The notes: generated from the letters alone by a model not told the origin. Shown: positions 22,501-35,245, counted from the stretch's first letter. The stretch: DNA of 64,000 nt from Antedon mediterranea (GCF_964355755.1 NC_092673.1:1240001-1304000); one strand, 5' to 3'. Numbers and translations are program-made.

Positions 22501-25500
22501 CCAAAATACGTCAAGTTGAGGGCGCTATACTAATCCAAAATACGCGTGTCTTTCCAAAATACGTCGACTTGAGGGTGCTATTCATTTTCCAAAATACGCG
22601 AATTGTCCAAAATACGTTAACTTGAGGGCGCTATTCATTTTCCAAAATACGCGATTTGTCCAAAATGTGTCATATTGAGAGTGTAAGGTAAAATTACAAT
22701 TTAATGTAAAAAAGTTTCTTAGGGTAAAACAAACAAGTACATTTTAGTTATAAATGAAATTATTGGAAGGCAGAATTTTTTGTAAATAAAATGTCATATA
22801 GTAGCCAATTATTATTTTTCAATGTAATCATTTATTACTGAATAAAAACAAATATGTGCCAACATCAGTCAATAGACAGTGCCTATAATATAATAATGTC
22901 GGAACGATGTACGATTGCATGCACGTACGTAGCTAGAAATGAGGCATAAACCGGCTACAAAAACAGCATGTACAAGTATAGTCATAGGTGATGTGTTATG
23001 TATTATATATGGTGATCTACAAAATTGATATTTTTCCCGAGCTCGATAGCCCAACATCGCTTTCAATTTAATGTACTTATGGTCTTATACAAGTCACCTA
23101 ATCTGAAATCTAACATAATAGTTATTTCATATAATATATAATAATAAAAAGAATATGGTATTGTAATTAAAATAATATCAATAATTAGTTAGTTATTTTT
23201 TTACACGAAAACGGCAAAATACCCATAGTTAAAACAGTTAGTTAAAGTTCAAAATGGTTCGGCTAAGCGAGAGAGATCTAAATGTAACATTATTATGATC
23301 CTCAAACTGAACTATAATATCATCTTCAATCTTGATGAAAAGTATAGTAATAATAATTAAAACCCATTAGTGTTAAAATGTTTAAAATAATATTAATATT
23401 TGGTTATATAAGTAGTAAGTAATCGTTTTTTACGCGAAAACGGCAAAATAAAAATGTTTTTATATTATGTTATATACATATGATTACCTTTACTTTAGGG
23501 TGTTTAATTGTTAAAAAATACCTGAAATGAAATGATGAATACGAGAAGGGGAAAAAAGAGGTGACTAGTTTAGAGTCACAACTGCACCTTAATTTTTCAC
23601 AATAAATAATATATATATATATATAAGATGGGGCGTATCAATTTGATCTCTGGTGCGCGTGCATACAATTAAGGGACTAGTGCTTTTCCGCCGGACCACG
23701 CCGAGAATATAAAGAGTCGCTATCAGATCGGCTTTGAACTATACCATGAAAGCGCCAGTGGTCTAATGGTTAGCACATCTGCATATCAAGCAGAAGATCC
23801 TAACATACAACAAATATTGATATATTGGCAATGGACTACCGTACTACAAGAACTATTATCTAATATGATACAAACTGAACTTAAAACTTACCAAAATGGT
23901 TCATCTTTTCAATGTTGAAGATACAATCCTTTATAGTAATTTTTAAAACAGCCTCGCGTTTTGAAGGTTCGAATATTTTTTGGGAAAATTTGCGTATTTT
24001 GGAAAACTGTGCCTTCAAGTTGGAGGGTATGTCGGATAACTTTCTTATTGTAGAAAATTAATAGCGCTACAAAAGTTGTTTTAAGTTGGATAACTCAAGT
24101 TGACGTATTTTGGAAAGACTCGCGTATTTTGTATTTAGTATAGCGCCCTCAAGTTGACGTATTTTGGAAAAATTCTGTTTATTTTGGACTGATAGCAGAT
24201 AATAGTTGGATAATTTTCAAATTTAGAAAATTAATAGTGGCCTCAAGTTGACATATTTTGGAAAATTACTAACGCCCTCAAGTTGACGTATTTTGGACAA
24301 ATCGCGTATTTTGGAAAATGAATAGCGCCCTCAAGTCGACGTATTTTGGAAAGACTCGTGTATTTTGGATTAGTATAGCGCCCTCAACTTGACGTATTTT
24401 GGAAAACATTCTGCGTATTTTGGACTGAATTTCACCAACCCTATTGGCAGTATACAGTATGTACAGTATCATCACAATCTTTCTGAGTGTAGGAAACCAT
24501 CAATGGGACAACTTTATTCAGTTAAGGTTTAAAATGTAAAGCACTGTCTACATTTTATGTGACAAAAACATGTGATATGCCCATATTATGTCATATCACT
24601 ATCATATTTAGGCATTTCACTACTATATTTGGGCACATCACACTTTTGCTGTCAAACTAGTTTGATAGTGCAGACAAAAGATTTATGTTAATCGTTAAAT
24701 GTACAGTAATTATAGTAGTATAAGAGAATATTTAATAAATGCATGAAATATTCTCACCATAAACATTCATTATCTGTATACTACTTACAGTAGTGTATAA
24801 TTGTATACAAATAATGTATTCATGTTTAATATTGTGTACATTATTTGAATTCTGTTCTTTGTGTTTCTTCAAAGAGTGATTTGTATAAACTTGCAGACAA
24901 GTTACACCGCATCAACACTAAAATCAAAGTGTCGCCTAATTATCCATCAATGTCAAAGGTTAAGCATATTCTTCAACGACTACAAATCAAGTTCAAGATC
25001 ATGGCTGACTCCATGGTTACTAAACAGGTATTTATACATTTATTTCTTTTTTCCCAAGAATCGCACTATATTACATTTTATAGACTCGCCCTGTACAAAC
25101 AGTTTTTACCTGCTTTCCACTCTAGGATGTTTACCCAGCATGGTTAGGGAATATAGACTCCGACGAGGAGGAAGATGTAGGCTATGAAGAATATTATAAC
25201 GTAGAATCATTTGAAGATGAGATAGTTATTATAAATAGTGAGGTAGAACATCAAGAAGATGAGATAATTATTATAGATAGCAAGGTAGAACACCAAGAAG
25301 ATGATTTAGTGTCTAGTAAGAAAGAACTAGCAACAGAGACTAAGCAAGGTAGAAACATTAGTAGCATTCATAATCGTTCATTTTCTCATAGTGAAGATTT
25401 AACAGTAAATGTTGAGAAAAACAAAGTAGTAGTAACACAGGAAAATAATGTAGAGCCTTCTTGTAGAAAAGAATTAATTATCACAAAAGAATTTTCACCT

Positions 25501-27798
25501 CAAGAAAGTTACGCAGAAGAGGAGAGTTCTCAGTACAGTTCTGTTGGCAATATTAGTATTAATGATAGTTATCAGTATAGCCCTGTTAGTAACATTGGAC
25601 AGTATAGTAGTATTGGGAGTTATCAGAGTAGTGAAAGTAGAGCTAGTATAGCGAGCACTTGGACTAGTTCTTGTAGTGTAGCGAGTTGCAGTAGTGAGTA
25701 TTCCGACGCCAGTTGCAGTTCTACAACTTGTACAACAAGTACAAATTCAATTGGAGGTCCTAGTATAGAAGAATCATTAAAATATTTACGATCATCCTTG
25801 CATATAAGCAGTGAAAGTAGTGCTAGTATATCACGGAGTAGCAGTTGTTCTACTTCCTGTAGTTGTAGTGAGTGTTCTACTGACAGTGGTAGTTGTAGTA
25901 GAAATGCTGTTGAAAGTCCTCCGTGTGATTTTATTGTCTCTAGTGCTTGGTCATTAGGACAGCCTTGTATTAATTATTATCCAGAAGAGTCCTATCAAAA
26001 TCTGTGTTCATCTGCACCGGCATGCTTGAATAAACATAAAGCATGGCAGAAACGTGGTGACACACTGGTAGATGTGGAAAAATCTAAAATTAAGAGAATG
26101 TTGAACTTTCATTGCATTGAGACTTCTGAGGAGAGTATACAACACTCTATAGTGAAAGATGAAAATAATAAGTTAGTCATTGTTAGCAAGAAACATGTTG
26201 AATCCGTAGGTAGCCAATTGTCGACAGATGGTAGTGAAGTGGTGTTGTCATCCCTACCACTGTCTGGTAGTGTTGCTAGTAATAGTGCAAGTATAGATAC
26301 TATAGATCACCATAGTCACAGCCAATCACATCAAAATTCACAAGACTTAGACACTATTAGTCATCATAGTCACAGCCAATCACATCAAAACTCACAGGAC
26401 TTAGACACTATTAGTCATCATAGTCACACCCAATCACATCAAAACTCACAAGAAGTCAACTTTTCTAGTCAAGAAAGTTACACTAGTGATCAGGATATAT
26501 TTGCTTAGAACCAAAAAAGAAGCAACATAAATTAGAGAAGTTTTATGTTCTCAAAACGGATATGATTTCAAATTTCTTAAAAACAACGAATAGAAATTTG
26601 TAACTCATCACCATATGTATATAATTTTAATTTGTTTTTACTAATATAATTTTTTTCATTACTAACTAACATAATGTTAATATGTGCACCTTTATCATTA
26701 AATTTTAGTATTCTAAATTTCTAGATTTTGTTTGTCAATAAACAAAATATAAAGCTCTGTCTACACTATCAAACTTTATTTGACAAAGAAATGTGATGTG
26801 CCCATATCATATCACTACCATATTTGAGCACATCCCACTTTTTTGTCCCACTAGTTTGATAGTGTAGACAGAGCTTTAATACCATATCTAAATTCTATAA
26901 AAGAAAAAAGAATTCTATAAAATTATAAGAAACAGAAGAACCATTCTATATATTCTAAATAAATTCTATAGGAATATGTTGTTGTACTTTTATATAAACA
27001 CCATAGAGCTCTATAAAATGTTCTATAGATTCTATTGAAAACTTTTATAAGGAAAGGTTAATACGTTTAGGCTCAGTTTAACTGGGTCAGTAGGTGACCT
27101 ACCCATCAATGTTAATAATTGACCAATGAAACCAATTTACCAAGGTAAATAGCTACGCCTGAACCAGAGAATACCTCCCTGCCTGAACTCACCCAATGTT
27201 ATATTAACACATGTTACAGTTTTTCTCACATTGTTCATTTTTAAAATTTGCACCGTTGATATTGATTGCCATGGTTTGTAGAAAACTACTTTATCTCTAA
27301 TGCTCTGTTTATCAAACTATGTGATAACAAAATGTGATGTGCCCATATTTGGAAATAATGATGTCATATCACTACCATAATTGGGCATATGACTACCATA
27401 TTTGGGCATATGACTACCATATTTGGGCATATTACTACCATATTTGGGTACATCACACTTTTTTGTCAAACTAGTTTGATAGTGTAGAGCTTAACACCTG
27501 TTATTGTTTTTTTCTTCACATTGTTTTTTTTCTTGTTCTTGTTCAGTTTGATGTTTCCACATATGTTTGCGCTAACCTTAATGACACGCCAGTTGAGCAT
27601 TTGATTGAATCCAAAGACTCTGATGTTGAATCGGCAGACGATGATGATAATGATGATGACGATAATGATGATGACGCGGCGATGGAAATCCATTGTCAAA
27701 GTGTTTCAAGCATTGATTGCAATGAGGCATTGATAAGTGATACGTCACATGAAGAAGCAAATAATACTAAGACAGTTTTGATTTGCGACGACCTTTGA
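13521..27798 (+). CDS. SLF2: SMC5-SMC6 complex localization factor 2 (SLF2/FAM178A)-like, ~19 coding exons, two alternative last exons
   Basis: Exons include 13521-13543, 14180-15351, 15601-16132, 16591-16645, 16768-16866, 17248-17388, 17762-~17831, 18261-18357, 18562-18657, 18821-18961, ..., 21024-21142, 22265-22393, 24875-25027, then 25126-26508 or 27547-27798. Peptides MPDMYPGDEIFN, TLRLADCGFI, WIFYFMSIH, WLPTLKQITRVLLNYG, LFPAPGLEPSF and HHHNLVHLVDLFPTFTDRGRSIRRLLS parallel the FAM178/CANIN domain. Confidence 0.85.
14490..14682 (+). repeat. Coding 33-bp tandem repeat (QSVSRPT[S/I]G[S/P]P), about 6 copies
   Basis: CAATCAGTTAGCAGACCAACA recurs every 33 bp in the large SLF2-like exon. Confidence 0.95.
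16189..16341. mobile_element. MITE family A
   Basis: Family TIRs and core. Confidence 0.8.
17072..17200. mobile_element. MITE family A (diverged)
   Basis: Family TIRs and core. Confidence 0.7.
19260..19422. mobile_element. MITE family A, near-intact
   Basis: GGCTCTGTCTACACTATCAAACT ... AGTTTGATAGTGTAGACAGAGCT flanked by TTA. Confidence 0.88.
19718..20390 (-). mobile_element. tRNA-derived SINE interrupted by a 19-bp satellite
   Basis: On the minus strand: B-box-like GGGTTCGAATC (~20362-20372), central TCCACCCAGGTGTACAAATGGGTACC (~19888-19913), 3' tail AGCGCTTAGAGG...(ATT)n; same tail at ~47091-47153. Confidence 0.6.
20001..20347. repeat. 19-bp perfect tandem repeat (CAAGCTTGTTATCCAGATA), about 18 copies
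   Basis: Directly visible; generates three pseudo-ORFs. Confidence 0.97.
21894..22221. repeat. 65-bp tandem repeat, 5 copies
   Basis: AGGCCCTTGATTGTCAGC at 21901, 21966, 22031, 22096, 22161. Confidence 0.95.
22457..24446. mobile_element. ~2-kb non-autonomous DNA transposon, hAT-like (8-bp TSD), in an SLF2-like intron
   Basis: Long imperfect TIRs GGGTTGGTGAA..CAGTCCAAAATACGCAGAA / mirror at ~24410-24441; subterminal CCAAAATACG arrays; GCAGTATA duplicated at 22449-22456 and 24447-24454; no transposase ORF. Confidence 0.8.
23752..23800 (+). pseudogene. 5' half of a tRNA-like sequence captured in the transposon
   Basis: GCGCCAGTGGTCTAATGGTTAGCACA (A box/D arm) then stem TCTGC-7nt-GCAGA; T arm missing. 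Confidence 0.55.
26296..26452 (+). repeat. Coding 54-bp repeat (DTISHHSHSQSHQNSQDL), 3 copies
   Basis: Seen in ORF 25309-26508. Confidence 0.9.
26752..26877. mobile_element. MITE family A
   Basis: Perfect family TIRs. Confidence 0.88.
27300..27492. mobile_element. MITE family A with amplified internal unit
   Basis: Family core with about 4 ACTACCATATTTGGGCATAT units. Confidence 0.75.
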
Positions 27799-28989
27799 CC
27801 TAGGAACACGTTATCTCAATGAGATGGTGCATCCTCACTTGGCTACATTTTTGCCAAATTCGAGATCGAGGCAATGAAATATGCGTAATTCCTAGGTTGT
27901 ATCAAATCAAATGATTCCTAAAACTTCATTTGATTAAGCCTTCATTATGTCTATGCTAACAACAACCTATTTCATGCATAGGTTATTTAATCATTTTAAC
28001 AGAAACTTAAAACAAATTATTTATATTATTTATTTAATATGAGAACAATTTTTCTTTTATTTGTTCTAAATTTTTATTATATTTATTATTTATTTATTTT
28101 ACATCACATGCAATAATGAACACTAAGCCTGTCTCTAATCTTGCATATATTATTAATGATTGAAAACTATTTGTTAATCATTTAATAATATTGCAACCTT
28201 CAATAAAATTCTTTTTTTCTCCTTTTTAATTTATTATACTATGTATAAAACATAATAATAACAATAATAATAATAATGTTTTTAATTTTTATTAAATTGG
28301 TATGCATGTGTAGATGTTGGTATTTATTAGTATATATAGTTGACCCATAAGGGCTTATTGGTATAGAAGTAGAACGTATGGGTGCTTTGGTTTTCAACAG
28401 TCTTGGCACCTTATTCTTAGGCATGTTAACCTCACTTTATTTCTCAACACATTTTTGGCAGATTTTAAGTCCAGACCAACGCCACAATATGTATAGATCG
28501 TACTTTAGGCCATCAGATTGAAAGCACTCTGTATATATGCTATTAAATATTTAATGCTAAACTCTACAGTATTTAAAGGTAGTTAAATATATAAAGTAAT
28601 TTATATAATATATATGCATGTGCCTGCAAATTTATATATACATACTTGCTTACATAATAATACAAGCTGATACTACTGTATATAGCGGGATTCATTATGA
28701 TACATTATTTTGCCGTCATATTAAATCTTAAATCTTTTTACTGTCCAATTTTGTTAAAGGTGAAAACAGGGTTCCACTGTAAACAAGCCACTAACCATGT
28801 TATATTTATGTACTACATTTTTATTTATTAAATTTCTTATAAAAACTAAGTTTGTAATTAATTTTTTCAGTTAAAATTTATCAAAGAAGAAGACTTTATT
28901 GTTTTGGAAACTATGAAGTTGGAAGAATAAAGTGTTTTTAAATAACTATGTTGTGTGTGTCCACTATGTTTAAACAGTAGTGACAATCA

Positions 28990-29610
28990 ACTTTTTAAAA
29001 TTCAATAATTATGCGATAATATGGCTATATATGCGCATATATTGTGTTATCATCATCTTATAGTGCCATAGTAACTAGTTATGTCAAAAAATAAAAGGGT
29101 TGAAATTTACCTATTTTTCGAAAATTTCCCAGAGTACAGGGATTTTTTCCAAAAAATGGCCAAAATATCCACTTTTTTAAATTCAATAATTATACGATAA
29201 TATTGCTATATATGTGCATATATTGCATTATTATCAACTTATAGTGCCATAGTAACTAGTTAGGTCAAAAAATAAAAGGGTCGAAATTTGCCAATTTTTT
29301 TAAAAGTTCCATGTCCTATAGTACAGGGATTTTTCAAAAAAATTGCGAAAATATCCACTTCTTTAAATTCAATAATTATGCGATAATATTGCTATATATG
29401 TGCATATATTGTGTTATCATCATCTTATAGTGCCATAGTAACTAGTTATGTCAAAAAATAAAAGGGTTGAAATTTACCTATTTTTCGAAAATTTCCCAGA
29501 GTACAGGGATTTTTTCCAAAAAATGGCCAAAATATCCACTTTTTTAAATTCAATAATTATGCGATAATATGGTCGAAATTTGTCAATTTTTTGAAAATAT
29601 AGTGCCACAG
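28990..29610. repeat. ~185-bp imperfect tandem repeat, about 3.3 copies
   Basis: TTAAATTCAATAATTATGCGATAATAT recurs at ~28995, 29177, 29363, 29544. Confidence 0.9.
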
Positions 29611-31924
29611 TAAACAGTGTAGTCTTTTTTTCAATAGTACAATATATACAATCAATCAAAATATAATCCATCATCATATTCACATACTCATAAAATATTT
29701 AATGATATTCGTCCTTATCAAGTCAATCTATCCTCATTATCAAATACAATAGAGAAGAGTCAGAAAACAAACAATTGTGTACAAAAAAAGGGCTTTATTA
29801 ACATGTATGAAAACATTTTTCTGTTTTTATTTTGTAACTTGGCTAACTATTAGCCAAAAGTTCATGAGAAATATCACTCATAATAAAATTCAAATTATTA
29901 AAAGTCTAACTCTAAAAAGTCTATCGGTATATTAAATAAAACAAGCTTTATAACCGTAGCATCTTTGCCTACAATTCTGTTTAAACTAATCAAATAATAA
30001 GGTCTATAACTAAATATCAACAAAATATAACATTAATAACATTGTGTAACTGTTTAAATGTTGAATAAGTGCTAGGAAGGTTTGCCATATATGTGTTTCC
30101 GAAAGGAAATCAAGTTGAGAATATCTTGACGTTTTCGTTCTTACGCTACAATCTGGAGAATGCAGTTATAAAATAAACATTAACAGCCTTCTATTACGCA
30201 TAATAATCAATAACATTATTGGCGAATAGAAGCCACAAAACAATACTCAATTCACACAAATGTAACAAATTGTTACATCTCACACACCATGGACCTAATT
30301 ACAGGTCCATGCCCACATGCTAGTTTTTGTACGGTGAAACCTAAACACTGCAAAAAACCAATTCATTTTAAAAAGTTACATGCAATCATTACAGACATTG
30401 CTTAGTAAAGATTACAGACTTGGTCTGAACATGTTTTCTTTGGAACAAAAACGCTTTAATTTTTGTACCAATATATGTTACTGTTTGAAATAGTTTTAAT
30501 ACGTGTGAATCGAGTACAAAACTTTAACAGAGAGTACTATCAGGGAAGAATGAAATTATACTCTTCCCTGGTAATATACACTATTTTCAGGTATAAACTC
30601 TCCACTACATTACATTACAAATTTGATATAGCGCTCTCAGAATGAAACCGTGATCAAAAGCTCTGTACATTGAAATTATGACGTTTTTAGTTGACGCTTC
30701 AGACAGAATTGACACTGGAAGATATTTCCATACCAGTGGACCCGAGATGCCAAAAACCTGTCAGCAAAGGTTCTCCTGGTTGTTGTGGGAACTTCTAGCT
30801 TACAGGGATCGAGGCCAGACTGCTCTCCATTAATTTCACTTGATCACAAATGTTATTTATCATATTTTATCAAAAACAGTATTATTAATGGGAATAAACT
30901 TTCCCCCTGAGAATATTATCCGGTATTTTACAACGGAATATTTTCTGTATTGCTGAACGCATATTATGTATTTGTATCATTTGTATTAGAAAGAATATTA
31001 AAGAAAAATTAATTAATATTACTGGATATGACACACTTGATGACTTTAAATGCCAAAAAAAAATACAAAGTGAAAATATATAAAACCTGAAACATAACCA
31101 TATAACGTAGAACATTGTGTTGGTGTATACAGTATATACAATTGTTCTTTCTCTTAAAAAAAAGGTAAATAGTGATGAGTAATTTACACACAAGAGGTTA
31201 CTAATCATGACTCATGTATGTAAAGTGTTGTCTCACAATTTGTTTTCTCATTTTACAATTGTGTTTTCTACAAATCTAAATCAAATCTAAATCAACTGAA
31301 GCTTCCATTATACAACCTACTGTACTCAACATAAATATTTAAAAACTACAAAATCTAATTTGAAAAAATAAAACCTAATTTATACTTTGCCTAAATAAAT
31401 AAATATTCAAACTGAATTTTTGGAAAAAAAACGTGGTTTATTGATTGCAATAAGATAAAAAAAAGTGTATTAAAAACTCAAAGTGAGATATTTCCCCAAA
31501 GTATTTCCTAGTTGTTTTCACTAAAGCTCTGTCTACACTATTGATAGCGATATGTCATCATGTCCATATATGGGAACATTGCATTTTTTGTCACATAAAG
31601 TTTGACAGTGTAGACAAAGTATAGGATATTTTTTACCATTTTCCTTTAGCCTAAACAATGAATGGTGAATACAGCCACTGGTTCATTTAGGATTGTACTG
31701 GCATTAAAAGCATACTAAATAACCATAAAGGCAACCCAAATCTGTTCTATAATTACAGTACACATATTGTAATCACAATAATAACATAGTTATGTTATAA
31801 AAATGTTGATAAAAAGTAGTGTTAAACCATTAATCTGTAGGAAACCAGCAACGTGGAAATAAATCAAGAAGCCTACATAAAGTTAGGTCACATATTTATT
31901 ATTGTAATACAATACAATATTAAA

Positions 31925-32066
31925 CTTGGTTCAAACGCATTGAGATCCGAGGGGAGAAAACATTGGATACCCAATTTGGTTCAATGAAATGGAGTCGGAG
32001 GGGAGAAAACATCGGATACCCAATTTGGTTCAATGAATTGGAGTCGGAGGGAAGAAGACATTGGAA
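31925..32066. repeat. 49-bp tandem repeat, about 2.7 copies
   Basis: GGAGTCGGAGGGGAGAAAACATTGGATACCCAATTTGGTTCAATGAA repeated. Confidence 0.85.
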
Positions 32067-33908
32067 CAGGAATGTCAACAGTATGATGAGCATATATTTA
32101 CATTATTTACTATCAAATAACACATTGAGTTATCGTTGAATTTAATTAATACAAAATAATGGCATTTAAATACACCTAGATCTACAATAATTACAGTATA
32201 ATTACACTAAGAGTTGAAACCAACTCAAATCTTGGCACCATTAGCAGTTTATTTACAAGAAAGGCATTAACCCCAAAGATAAAAAAAAAACATCCTTATC
32301 TCACAATGGTAGTGTCCATTGTGAATGTTTCATGTTCTTATTTTATTGTTTGTTAAAAAAAAGGGAAACAGAATTTTGATTTTCATGCCAGGTTATGCGG
32401 GTAATTTGTGAGAACATTTCGTATAAAAACTATATTGTATAGATGCTACGATTATAACCCAAAAAGGCATGGATAAAGTCATACACTGTACATATTAAAT
32501 TGATTGAGTGCCAAAATATTAATATATTAAGTAGAATGTATTAGAATAACAACCCGAAAGTTCAATCATTACTCCACGGTTCAATGGATCGGAATTAACT
32601 GTAGTGTTTTATAATTTACTTAAATTTATTTGAGTTTCGCTTCATTTATTTCCTTCTTGACGCAACAATATTAAAATTGTCACTTTATGTTATGTACATA
32701 TTGAGACAAATGTATTGTAAATCAAAAGAATTTTTACTATTTATAAGAAATTGTTTTGTCAAGTAAGACAAAAACCTCCGTGCAGAGGACTTGATGAGCT
32801 GATCCCTGAGTGACCTTTAACCTTATCGTTTCATGCATATATTAATAGGTGGTTAGTGTATGCCTATTGGCTAGCAAGCTGTTAACATGGTTTGCTGTTA
32901 ATACTTGGGTACTAAAGCTAACTGTGGTATTCCTATTTCAAGGCCAACCTAGCCATTGGCTGTTGTAGGCCTTTTTGAAGACTTGAAGGTTTAGAATGTT
33001 TGTAGAGTAATGCCAAATATCTGAATCAATGAATGTCTTTTCCTTTGGTTTTAATCATGGTATTCTGTCTTGTCCCTGAGATGCTGATGAATATTAAATT
33101 ATAGGTTTCTCCAAAACTAAAAGATATAAAAATTGCATTTGGTTATAATTTATGTGTGTCAAAGACATCGAATATATATACTGATTCATTCATAACATCA
33201 ACCATAGATATTTACAAAAAGGCAACCATTCATTCATACCATGGAGTAAAGAATTACTCCATGTTCATACAAAAAATACAATAACTTTACAAAAAACATA
33301 GTGTTAAAAAATGAAACTACAACAAAATGTTTTGTAATACTGTAATGTAACAATTATTCATTTTAGTAAAAAGAAACAACACTGAAAAAAAAAGTGGATT
33401 TATAAATGATAAGAATTTTGAAACCTGTACGATACTTTCCATCGCTTGTTCTGTGCTTCACAACGTGGTCCTCTTTAATTTCTGTTTTTATAATGTTAAT
33501 TCGTTATTCATTCATAAATATAAAAAAAAATAAAAGAAAATAAAAGAAGTAATGATATCCGAATCTGAAAAAGAAAGCAAAAACTCATGAAAATATAATA
33601 TATACATACAGTATGTATACACTATACATGCTTCTCTATGCGTTTGTATTCATGTACAGTACATACTGCCCTGTAAACACATAATTCATGTTCAACTTCT
33701 TTGTGTGAAATCAGTAGGCCTATGTGAATATCCATGTTTGGTACTTATGTGTGTGTTTTCACAATGCAGGTTAAAACGCCCATGTCATACAACATTACAG
33801 TAACTTACTAGAATCAATGAACAATATTCATGGGGACAGAGTGAACATGGAGTAAACTCCATGGAGTGAACCATAAACATGGATTACTTGAAAGCTTTTG
33901 CCAATGTA

Positions 33909-34005
33909 AAGCTCTGTCTACACTATAAAACTTTATGTACACTACAGTATATAGGCACATCACAATTTGTTTTGTCAAACTAGTTTGATAGTGTAGACAG
34001 AGCTT
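33909..34005. mobile_element. MITE family A (internally deleted)
   Basis: Both TIRs intact. Confidence 0.85.
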
Positions 34006-34063
34006 TAGTCCTCATTCTAGTTCTACCCAGAATGTTGTGAGTTTTTATATATACTGTATATAA

Positions 34064-34220
34064 TATAAATCCAAAGGCAAATTACTGAAAAAAATCAGTG
34101 GTCGGATCTCATTGGAGATACAAAAAAAAAAGCGAAAAGCTAAATCAAAACGATAAGTAAAACAGCCAGAAAAGTTAGCAGAGCTTTCGGGCAACACTAG
34201 CCCTTCATCAGTGCAAGTGA
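34064..34220 (-). mobile_element. Penelope-like retroelement terminal-repeat fragment
   Basis: Carries a hammerhead core followed by a T-rich tail on the minus strand; second copy at 46124-46257. Confidence 0.7.
34175..34216 (-). ncRNA. Minimal type I hammerhead ribozyme
   Basis: Minus strand TTGCA-CTGATGA-AGGGC-TAGTGTT-GCCC-GAAA-GCTC-TGCTAA: conserved CUGAUGA and GAAA boxes, GGGC/GCCC stem II, palindromic AGCT stem III, CUC cleavage triplet, GCA/TGC stem I. Confidence 0.75.
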
Positions 34221-34597
34221 AGGAATTTGGATAACGTCATACTGTATAATTGAATGAAAATGAGACATATTTATAATACAATCTAAAAGATTGACCTGAA
34301 GACAAACATTTATAATGTGTTGTTTAAAATAAAACAAAGAGACAGTTTGAAACATTAACATTAATACATAGAATATAAATTTAAAAATTGTATAATAATT
34401 TTGATGTTGTTTAAAAATGTTATTATATGTTATTAAAATCCGACGGTACTTATTCTTTGCTACTAGTCTAATAGTCTATACTGTTTCCTTGAATGAATTG
34501 TAGTGCTGTGGCTCACCCTACTGTGTAGACAGATTTCAAACTTGGCCTGGAAAAGAAAGATATAGATAAGCCATTAGTTTTTTCTTACAGCAACTAA

Positions 34598-34748
34598 AGC
34601 TCTGTCTACACTATAAAACTAGTTTGACCAAAAAAAAGTGTAATGTGCCTAAATATTGTAGCGATATACTTAAATGTGGTAGTGATATGACATCATCATG
34701 TCTATATATGGGCACATCACATTTTGTTGTCACATGAAGTTTGATATG
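34598..34748. mobile_element. MITE family A
   Basis: Left TIR intact, family core. Confidence 0.8.
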
Positions 34749-35002
34749 TGTGTATATATAAATTGACATTATATTTGAAATATTTACAAGAATTAAAGGT
34801 TATTATATGGAAATGAAATATTAGTTTAGTTGTAAATTATTTTCCACTTGTGTCCTAAATGTTTAGTTTAAATAAAACTATAGGTAGGAACTAAATAACT
34901 GCTGATTCCCTTGACCTTTGACATTCTTGTAATGGTACATATTCATTCTTGTTAACCTGAAAAAAAAAATGGATAAAAATTATTAAAATAATACATAATT
35001 AT

Positions 35003-35115
35003 GATAACTGAGTGGTTAGGACACTCGACTATCGTACAAAAAGTCCCGGGTTCAATTCATGATAAGAACAACTCCCAGTCTACGTGAGTACTGTTTTGTA
35101 CTTGGTTGAAAAATA
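35003..35115 (+). mobile_element. Degenerate tRNA-derived SINE head
   Basis: A-box-like TAACTGAGTGGTTAGGACAC and B-box-like CCGGGTTCAATTC about 35 bp apart. Confidence 0.5.
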
Positions 35116-35245
35116 CTAGGTAAGGAAAGGAACCGGCCTTGCTTGCAAATACAGGCTAGGCTTGCTATTTGTAGTAACTACTACAACAAGGTCTACTCAT
35201 TCACCACATTCAGAAGGAATAGGACACATCTTTGCTCAATTAAAT

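Noticed and set aside
31308-31329. let-7-like sequence (minus strand TGAGTACAGTAGGTTGTATA)
   Set aside because: Seed region mismatches let-7 and no precursor hairpin forms with the flanks.
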